Positions 28,901-34,464 of a stretch of DNA of 64,000 nucleotides are shown piece by piece. A model generated the notes under the pieces. It was not told the DNA's origin. It saw only the letters and a list, made by a program, of their open reading frames with translations, and made no database searches. The stretch lies in assembly GCA_025358515.1 (NCBI GenBank), contig JANYJG010000061.1, forward strand, positions 18,113 to 82,112, given 5' to 3'. Each line of letters begins with the position of its first letter. Within the stretch, counting starts at the first letter, position 1. The translations under genes were made by a program, and so were the position numbers. The stretch is from Chloroflexota bacterium. GTDB lineage: Bacteria > Chloroflexota > Limnocylindria > Limnocylindrales > CSP1-4.

Positions 28901-29317
28901 CACGACGTAGGCGAGCACCAGATCCGCGAAGATCGGAATGATCTTGACGCCCTCGCCTATGGATCCGCCGGTGAATACTGCGACCACGCCGAGCAGGAGC
29001 AGATAGACCGGGGGATAGTCGATAAACGACTGGCGACCATAGAAGCCGATGGGCCCGTGAACGGCTATGTCGTTGCCCCACGCCTGGAATGAGGACAGGT
29101 CGTTGGGGAATCCGGACCCCGGTAGGAGCACGTATGCGATGATGAAGCGGAGGGCAAGCCCCAGGGCGAGGAAGATGACGATGGCGGGAACAGTGACGGC
29201 ACCGTTCGTTTCCGCTGACGCGCGTCCCCGCGAGCTGCCCTCTCGCGTGCTCGGGCCTACCAACCGATCCGGCCTCCTGGACGAGCGCTGAGGTGGACCG
29301 GAGTATAACCCAGGCAC
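22949..29317 (-). CDS. Giant (2122 aa) polytopic protein: N-terminal GT-C module, then a PMT/GT39-type module with an inserted beta-propeller-like domain, then a Pro-rich tail
   Basis: Residues about 40-640 are many-TM with SFIDYPPVYLLLLG (a GT-C DYPP-type loop). From about residue 760: LDVWILVVVVIATLSLRVYRLDEPVKMHFDEVYHARTATEF ... THPHVAKYAIAG (PMT loop-1 DE motif). About 430 aa of repeated beta-strand units follow (IYVGTSSGRIFRIA, LLLATDSAGKIVSVD, VLVAYADGVGVLD, SYVAAGDSMVLIKAD). PMT core TMs (SLVDGMFFVQSRIAMNDTY) and a PMT-C-like end (FQYHFYTALPFFLLALAYF) come next. The tail reads GPLPPAGPLPPADPLPPADPLPPADP. The GTG start is uncertain (TTG 29263 is an alternative). Confidence 0.85.
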   Translation of the reverse strand: MPGLYSGPPQRSSRRPDRLVGPSTREGSSRGRASAETNGAVTVPAIVIFLALGLALRFIIAYVLLPGSGFPNDLSSFQAWGNDIAVHGPIGFYGRQSFIDYPPVYLLLLGVVAVFTGGSIGEGVKIIPIFADLVLAYVVWQMVLQLGASRRRALIALVVVLVNPVTWFNSAIWGQADSVGSIFLLLSLLELQRDKREAASALAVLATLTKLQLGIIGFIVGFVILRRSLFPRTGGAEPVRVISSIGAGLATAALVCLPFTGLDLPGIANRLATVPGALTFAVGVVAAVGVFVLARLKLTALGVRNELAISIGLAATTVVGFSAMVFDSIVGHVVSSFGGYPYLTLNAYNPWALVVNDTGEAMDRGHSWIQDSPWVNQAGQSMPGFHVGPFSAQTLAALALLVVVLIVIAIRVRMRSRPSTGADEGAAGSDDGATARGRSGWFQVVVRQEFGSLTAICIVLAGLIGLVLVSQIGGGIPAAVFGDGLLVATILGVGLWAAWRDDSRSLLVALAILAIAFFVVPTRVHERYLFPFFGIGAVLLAVSWRWSVVYVVLAIANAANLLAVIVQYSDPLKNTGIPAQDGPIAQILIDWGHWLNQTEWPTGTILVVAVCGITTGLVMIWALLQMRSRATDGLAREVLAAGREPEPRAVSNVERHLAYETSVGASRAGAAVPADAVVASAANDEGPGYGPGGDYAFESDEEEPRDGFHGPRPELVPHFVMRLWRWLYRRPNQADRSHALDHEGRGRFDRLDVWILVVVVIATLSLRVYRLDEPVKMHFDEVYHARTATEFLQEWQYGIPHDFFEWTHPHVAKYAIAGGIALFSNDKVTSTNTLGVSVKDALVQPRYAATDLTVPPDTNDPRSNPDARLGDRVYVATDAGGGEVIAYDLQTRAPVYTYKVAGASALSLVPSTGAIYVGTSSGRIFRIATGDLDSVRLGATATPTAPAELPAKTGITIAHLYAGTPPLLLATDSAGKIVSVDLNQNGGAVVGSGVVPGAADFVDFGAGSASIARLPSTPGPSTTPSPTPTASGISAEAKALATALGMDPTVVQAALDSMAVSSSQEAVPLGSITADQISKVTAAIASGQLKGFAVEAGSPRVLVAYADGVGVLDARNIVLGSTMKTSQPATSIAINTDTSQQSYVAAGDSMVLIKADSTLGTVSPDSFQPLRKMPGAVTKVVIDDATRIAQALGRTPDGKGWTLYSIEMNGNAVFQDARLPFAPVAIGLDSTAPMPDTDREQMLAFAADGSMASVDVGHFAFSWRIVGVLFGALMAACLFLLARVLFRRRSVALLVAFFSLVDGMFFVQSRIAMNDTYVGGFLLLAYLLFALLWLGVWKHRFAFWLAMPTIGLILGVALASKWVAAYAMASIGILILIRSALGRLITILGMAAGTGLLGWMAIGEMNTVPNTGNTNTVMLLLAAAAVVAVGGVWLSGRFRATPDKVLVVGVALAMAAGLGGASLLFTAGTIQNGAPNYTFFLIMLTITAIAAAANAYHPIAWTREEFFFAIFAPLLLGGGALILGAARGSSSLLQLGLGGVGVGILAAVGFTVAGRMGFGPLAQPPAPDDPASFAEPPAPPPKGWLRLGSGFGLPAVWMVGSLLVLPFIVYIVMYLPWAMPWQKEIPLTQTASGQTVGTGPLPVIWCLHYHHDYENPTDSSKNYCDQAFPAGHTGNTLWDLTQQMYTYHNDLRAAHAASSPWWAWPLDLKPVWFESIGYGPDNGSWIHDGGNPALWWMAIFAIAFICWQAFKRRSLGLTLVAMAFFWQWLSWSRIDRAAFQYHFYTALPFFLLALAYFMAEIWHGPSRKTWLLARFSAAAAFLFPAALWLFKAPLCSLARVNALDTYGASACGAGTGDVHLEARHILIVVVLLVALAVLAIVLFRAERRQEEGEEGNGWILQLIVPVLIAGALLWLIGQYGPSFEVFHAALPPDLIALLMLAVGLVAAPIVLASRNPRRFVWGLCVMAVVVFLALYPDLSALPMPNKIMGIYQGFLPTWFYGFQFSVNLQPSASVKLIDANSVALATVALILAAIVGWAAWERRVLMGLRRHGLADGALEDEPPGLIDEPPGAIDEPHAGPLPPAGPLPPADPLPPADPLPPADPTEPNDSAGPSDSGSAPIS
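23011..23082. repeat. 18-bp tandem repeat x4 (CGGCSGGCGGCAACGGAY) encoding the PLPPA(G/D) hexapeptide repeats
   Basis: Seen directly inside the 3' end of the giant gene. It is followed by two GGGCGGCTCGTCGAT-type units. Confidence 0.85.
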
Positions 29318-31125
29318 AGGTCGGGGACGGCATCCCGGACCGCACAGCGACAGATGGGAAGAACGGGCTAGCTCCTACGGTCAAGGGTCGGCCGTTCCTT
29401 TGGGGCCTCCTCCTGGTTGCGTTGTGCCTTAGCGTTTTCGTGGGCAGCCAGCCGAATCGCTCGAACCCCTACGTCCACTTCGTGTTCCAGGCGCAGGCTT
29501 GGATGGACGGCCAGACGTCGATCCCGACTCACGTCAAGTGGAGCAGCACCTCTCCGGGGGACGACTACCAGGACATCATGCCGATCCTGGATTCGAACGG
29601 CACCGACACCAACCGCGGCATCATCCCCTTTCCGCCGCTGCCGACCTGGGTCTTGTTGCCCTTCGTGGCGATCTGGCGCCTATCGACCAACCAACAACTC
29701 CTCGCCACCATCTTTGGCGCTATCGATGTTGGCATCGCCTTCTGGATGCTCGGCTTCCTGCCCGTGCGGCCGGCCATCAGGTGGTTCGCGGCGCTGTTCC
29801 TAGGGCTGGGCTCCGTCCTGTGGTACGCCTCCGCAATTGGATCGACGTGGTTCTGGGCCCACATCGTGGCCGTGGGGTGCCTGCTTTTGGCCGTGGGTTT
29901 AGCCCTGTCCGTTGACCGCGAGGCAGCGCAACCGCGTCCCGTTTCGGAGGCCGTGCCGACTCTCAAGAGACTCGAATGGCCGGGTGGCTGGCGATCGTTC
30001 CTCCTGCTTGCGGCGCTTGGCGCTCTGGCGGGGGCCCTTATCCAGCTCGCGGGCGCCGGTGTCTCGGCCGCCAGCCTGACCGGACTGGGCATCGCGATGG
30101 GCCTGGTAGCCGCGGCTCTGGCGGGGGCCGTTGCCGGCCGGGCGTCGGCCGTGGCCCCGATCGTGGTGACGGTCGCGGTGGCAGCCGGTTTGCCGATGCT
30201 CCTGATTTTGGGGGCTCACTCGACCATGTTTGTGACCATCGCAGACATCGTTTTGCTATTGATGATCCTGAGCATGATCCTCCTTGGCGGTCGCAAGAAC
30301 GGGGCGGTGGATCGCGGCTTCAACGCCCTGGCCGTCGCCCTGACCCGGCCGGAGGCGATACAGGTCGCTGCCGGGCTCATGTTCGGCTTGGCGGTCACCG
30401 CTCGACTGACCATCCTGTTCGGGTTTCCGTTCTTCCTGCTTGTTGGCGGCGGCGGGACGTGGCTGCGGCGCGGGCTCCTGGCAGGCGCCGGCGCAGCCGT
30501 TCCCCTGATCGCCCTGCTCGTCTTCACGTATGCGAGCACGGGCCACGTCTTCAATCCCGCCTACGAATATCTCTATCGCCTCGAGGTCAACTATCCGCTG
30601 GGTTACAACCCGGATTGGTCGATCGCGGACATCCGCTACGTCCCGCAGAACCTGGTGATCATGTTCGGTGAACTGCCGAGGTTCATGCCCAACTTCCCCG
30701 CGATATTCCCGGTCGACAGTGGAACCGGGCTTTGCAGCGCAATCGGCAGCTCTCGAGGCCTGTTCGACGCCACCTGCCCCATCGCCTTGCCCGACGCACG
30801 AGGCCTGAGCATTCTCCTGACGAGCCCGGCATTCGTATTTGCCGCGCTGGCATGGCTGCCGGCCCGCCTCAAGCAGCTCGACCGGGCCACCGTCGGGGCG
30901 ACACTGGCCGTTTGCGCAATCGCCTTCGTGAACCTCATGCATTTCAGCCAGGGCTGGGTCCAATTTGGGTATCGCTTCAGCAACGACTTCGTGCCCTTCG
31001 CCCTGATCCTGGTTGCCCTCGGCGCCAGCCGAATCCGGCAGTTGTGGCCATTCGTGGCCCTGGTACTGCTGTCTGTGCTTGTCAACTTATGGGGCGTCAT
31101 CTGGGGAGTAACGCTTGGCTGGTAG
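29293..31125 (+). CDS. Polytopic GT-C-type membrane glycosyltransferase (family unassigned)
   Basis: 610 aa, at least 12 predicted TMs. First extracytoplasmic loop: DDYQDIMPILDSNGTDTNRGIIPFPPLPTWVLLPF. It is divergent from the giant gene, and the two annotated GTG starts overlap by 25 bp, so at least one start is uncertain. Confidence 0.6.
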   Translation: MDRSITQAQVGDGIPDRTATDGKNGLAPTVKGRPFLWGLLLVALCLSVFVGSQPNRSNPYVHFVFQAQAWMDGQTSIPTHVKWSSTSPGDDYQDIMPILDSNGTDTNRGIIPFPPLPTWVLLPFVAIWRLSTNQQLLATIFGAIDVGIAFWMLGFLPVRPAIRWFAALFLGLGSVLWYASAIGSTWFWAHIVAVGCLLLAVGLALSVDREAAQPRPVSEAVPTLKRLEWPGGWRSFLLLAALGALAGALIQLAGAGVSAASLTGLGIAMGLVAAALAGAVAGRASAVAPIVVTVAVAAGLPMLLILGAHSTMFVTIADIVLLLMILSMILLGGRKNGAVDRGFNALAVALTRPEAIQVAAGLMFGLAVTARLTILFGFPFFLLVGGGGTWLRRGLLAGAGAAVPLIALLVFTYASTGHVFNPAYEYLYRLEVNYPLGYNPDWSIADIRYVPQNLVIMFGELPRFMPNFPAIFPVDSGTGLCSAIGSSRGLFDATCPIALPDARGLSILLTSPAFVFAALAWLPARLKQLDRATVGATLAVCAIAFVNLMHFSQGWVQFGYRFSNDFVPFALILVALGASRIRQLWPFVALVLLSVLVNLWGVIWGVTLGW

Positions 31126-33058
31126 TCCGATCGAGAACCCCACGACCGCGGCGCCCGAAATCGGGACCGCGCCCGGGCCGGCCGGCCACCTCAGGGCTCC
31201 TCTGGAGCGGGGCCGAGCGGTCCTCGGCCGCCTGGCCGGGTCGGGCCTGTTCATGGCCGCTCTCGCCCCGCTGATCGCCGCCGGCGTGACCCTCTGGCTC
31301 GTTATCCCAACGCTGGCGCCGGGCGTGGCTAACTGGGATACGGCCGAATTCCAGACCGTGGCCCCCGTGCTCGGGACGGCCCACCCAACCGGCTACCCGG
31401 CCTACGTCATCATCGGCTGGCTCGCATCCCTGCTTCTGACTCCGTTCGGGGAGGCGGCCTATCGCATGAACATCCTGCAGGCCCTTTTCGCCGCAGGTGC
31501 GATCGCGGCCACAGTTGCGATCGTCCAGCTGCTCACCAAGATGCGGTGGGTGGCCCTGGCCACGGGTCTGCTGCTGGCTTGGACCCAGTTGTTCTGGCGA
31601 CTCTCAACTCACGCCGACCCACACATGTTGCACGCGGCGCTGGTCGGGGTGGTGTTCGTGCTGCTGCTGGCCTGGGAACGGCGGCGCGTCGGAGACGTGG
31701 AGACGCCCCTCGATACCACGAAGCCTCTTCGCTGGCTGCTGGCCGGGGCATTCCTATACGCGGTAGCGGTCGCGGACCACCGTCTGCCGCTCATCGTCCC
31801 GGAGGCGACCGGGCTGCTCTTGATGGCCATGCTGTTCATCCTGCTGCTCGTTCGGGAGGCCGCGCTGCGGCGTAACACGGCGCCGTCCGGCCGGGCCGAT
31901 CGTTGGCTCGTGGCAGCCGCGTTTGTCTACGCCGTGGCCGTGGCCAATCACTCCTTGGCGCTTCTGCTGCCGCCGGCCATCGGGCTGTTCGTGCTGGCGG
32001 TGGACCCGCGGATTCTGCTGCGCCGAAGGACCATAGTCGCCTGCGTCACCGTGCTGGCTGTCACCATCATTGCCTTGTTCCTGGAGCTGCCGATTCGAGC
32101 GGCGATGCACGCCCCGTTGGTTTACGGCCACCCAGACACGTGGTCTGGTTTTGCTTACGTCGTCCTGGGCCAGCAGTTCCTGGGGAACCTGTCCGACCCT
32201 CTCGGGAACCTACCGGGCAAGGCGGCCGGCGTGGTTAACCTGATGTCCGGGTGGCTGGGTCCGTTCGGCTATTTGTCGATGCTCGGCGTCGCCACGAGCC
32301 TGGTCCGCCGACCGCGCTTCGTCCTGTTGAGCGGGCTGGCGGCGCTGGTAGTCCTCTTCTTCGCGGCCTCTTACGCGGATGGCGCAATCGACCGCTACTA
32401 CATGGTGCCATTGCTAATTGCCTTCGTCTGGATGGGCCTCGGCGCGGCCGATCTCGTAGTCGGCTACGGTTGGCTCGCCGACCAGGTCCGCCGCCGCTCC
32501 GGCGAATTTGCATTGAGGCGCGCAGGCGCACTGGACTCCTCGCCCTCCGAAGGCCCGGACGACGGCTGGGACCGTCACGCCCGCCTGGCGGCGGAGTTGA
32601 TCTTCACCTTGGCGCTGGTCGCGCCGTCCATCGGTATCGTTTCGGAGCGGCAGCAGGCGTCGCGCGGATCTCATTCCGAGGGCGTCAGCGAATCGACACG
32701 GACCGGCGACGAGCGTTGGATGCGGGCCGTACTGGCCATGCCGGAGGCCGGCGGCCTGCCCCAGGATGCGGTCGTGGTCAGTTGGTGGAGTACCTCCACA
32801 ACCCTGTGGTACGGCCAGAAGGCCGACGGCCTCCGCCCGGACATCTACATAGTGGATGACCGGACTCGCCTCGATGACAACCTCGGAACGGTTCAGAACA
32901 CAATCGACAAGTTCCTCGGCAACAGACCGGTCTTCACCATTAGACTCGACGGCGGCGGCGATGGCATGACTGCACTGAGGTCCCGGTACGTTGTCCAGCC
33001 GTTCAAACTGCCGAACGGATCCACCATCGCCCAGGTCATGGCACGGAAAGGATCTTAG
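31115..33058 (+). CDS. DUF2723 (TMEM260-like) GT-C membrane protein, putative O-mannosyltransferase
   Basis: PGVANWDTAEFQTVAPVLGTAHPTGYPAYVIIGW matches the DUF2723 signature (D/E-x-x-E-F ... G-x-x-HPxGYP) as I remember it. Many TMs, plus a C-terminal soluble domain of about 150 aa. The TTG start is uncertain. Confidence 0.7.
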   Translation: MAGSPIENPTTAAPEIGTAPGPAGHLRAPLERGRAVLGRLAGSGLFMAALAPLIAAGVTLWLVIPTLAPGVANWDTAEFQTVAPVLGTAHPTGYPAYVIIGWLASLLLTPFGEAAYRMNILQALFAAGAIAATVAIVQLLTKMRWVALATGLLLAWTQLFWRLSTHADPHMLHAALVGVVFVLLLAWERRRVGDVETPLDTTKPLRWLLAGAFLYAVAVADHRLPLIVPEATGLLLMAMLFILLLVREAALRRNTAPSGRADRWLVAAAFVYAVAVANHSLALLLPPAIGLFVLAVDPRILLRRRTIVACVTVLAVTIIALFLELPIRAAMHAPLVYGHPDTWSGFAYVVLGQQFLGNLSDPLGNLPGKAAGVVNLMSGWLGPFGYLSMLGVATSLVRRPRFVLLSGLAALVVLFFAASYADGAIDRYYMVPLLIAFVWMGLGAADLVVGYGWLADQVRRRSGEFALRRAGALDSSPSEGPDDGWDRHARLAAELIFTLALVAPSIGIVSERQQASRGSHSEGVSESTRTGDERWMRAVLAMPEAGGLPQDAVVVSWWSTSTTLWYGQKADGLRPDIYIVDDRTRLDDNLGTVQNTIDKFLGNRPVFTIRLDGGGDGMTALRSRYVVQPFKLPNGSTIAQVMARKGS

Positions 33059-33885
33059 TGAGCGCTGTCAAAGGTTCGAGCATGGCGGGTTCCACAACGT
33101 CCGGCGGGGGATCAGGGGGCATGGCCGCGGGATCGCAGCGCGTCGCCGAACTGTCGTTTTTCTTCCCGGCGCACAACGAGGAGGCCAATCTCGAGGCCCT
33201 CGTCGAGGAGGCCCTGACGGCGCTGCCGGCGCTGGCCGAGAAGTTCGAAATAATCGCCGTCAACGATGGCTCTCGTGACCACACCGCGGCCATCGCGGAC
33301 GAACTCGCCGGCAAGCATCCGGGCGTGTTCCGTGTTGTCCACCACCCGACCAATCTGGGCTACGGCGCTGCGCTCCGTTCCGGCTTCCGAGCCTCGCGCT
33401 ACGGCCTGATCGCCTTCATCGACGGAGACCGCCAATTCAAGGTTGCCGACGTGGGTCGTCTGACCGAGCGGTTGGCCGGCTCGGACAAGCCAGACGTCGT
33501 GGTCGGTTTCCGGCTCAAGCGAGCCGATCCGCTAATCCGGCGCTGGTACGCGCGCATTTATCGGTTCGCGAATCGGGTCTTCTTCGGCGTTCTCGTCCGC
33601 GACATCGACTGCGCCTGCAAACTCTTCCGCCGCGACGCCCTGACGCCGATCCGCGTCGCCTCGGGCGGTGCTTTCTTCACGGCCGAATTGCTGATCAAGC
33701 TGCGTCACAACAACCGCATGATCGCGGAGGTGGGAGTCCCCCACTACCCACGCACCGCCGGTTCCCCCACCGGGGCCAAGCCGAGCGTGGTCTTCCGAGC
33801 GGTCCGCGACTTCTGGTCTCTGCGACTGCGGCTGTGGTTCCGTCGCAAGGGCGGAATGCAGCGCGGCGAGGCGATGCTGGGCTAG
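33058..33885 (+). CDS. GT2 polyprenyl-phosphate glycosyltransferase (Ppm1/DPM1/ArnC-like)
   Basis: FFFPAHNEEANLEALVEEAL ... IIAVNDGSRDHT ... HHPTNLGYGAALRSGF ... FIDGDRQF. The TAGTG start is coupled to the upstream GT-C gene. Confidence 0.85.
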   Translation: MSAVKGSSMAGSTTSGGGSGGMAAGSQRVAELSFFFPAHNEEANLEALVEEALTALPALAEKFEIIAVNDGSRDHTAAIADELAGKHPGVFRVVHHPTNLGYGAALRSGFRASRYGLIAFIDGDRQFKVADVGRLTERLAGSDKPDVVVGFRLKRADPLIRRWYARIYRFANRVFFGVLVRDIDCACKLFRRDALTPIRVASGGAFFTAELLIKLRHNNRMIAEVGVPHYPRTAGSPTGAKPSVVFRAVRDFWSLRLRLWFRRKGGMQRGEAMLG

Positions 33886-34409
33886 AAGCCGGGCGGCATA
33901 TCCAGAGAACTCGGGCCCTCGCGGCGGTCCTCTCCGAGATCCACGTCCAGCGAGTTGATGAACTCGCGGAAGACTGCCAGCTTTTCGTCGACATGGGAAT
34001 CCGGCTCTACCCCGGCCCGATCGAGGACCTCAAGCGAGGCGAAGATCCGAACGCCGGTCCGGACGGCCAGGGCCAGCGCATCGGACGGCCTGGCGTCGAT
34101 CTCATACGTTTTGCCACCCATTTCCAGCTCCAGAGTGGCGTGGAACGTTTCCTCGGCCAGGCTCGAGACGATCACCCGCCGGATGCTCACTCCAAGCTCC
34201 GTCAGCGCGGCAATGAACAAATCATGGGTGAGGGGCCTTTCGGGCGTCACGCCCTGGAGCCGAGTGGCGATGGCGTTCGCCTCATACGGGCCGATCCAGA
34301 TAGGCAGGTAGCGCTCGCGTTCGGTTTGCTTGAGCAACACCACATGCTGACTCGAAAGCATGTGGACCCGAACGCTCTCGACGACTACTTCGACGAGTGG
34401 CTCTGCCAT
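33882..34409 (-). CDS. Bifunctional nuclease family protein (BFN/DUF151)
   Basis: LKQTERERYLPIWIGPYEANAIATRLQGVTPERPLTHDL ... IDARPSDALALAVRTGVRIF. Confidence 0.85.
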   Translation of the reverse strand: MAEPLVEVVVESVRVHMLSSQHVVLLKQTERERYLPIWIGPYEANAIATRLQGVTPERPLTHDLFIAALTELGVSIRRVIVSSLAEETFHATLELEMGGKTYEIDARPSDALALAVRTGVRIFASLEVLDRAGVEPDSHVDEKLAVFREFINSLDVDLGEDRREGPSSLDMPPGF

Positions 34410-34464
34410 AAGTCGATTATCCCACTCCGCGTCTCATCGTCGCGCGCCGCGCCCATCTCCCGAG

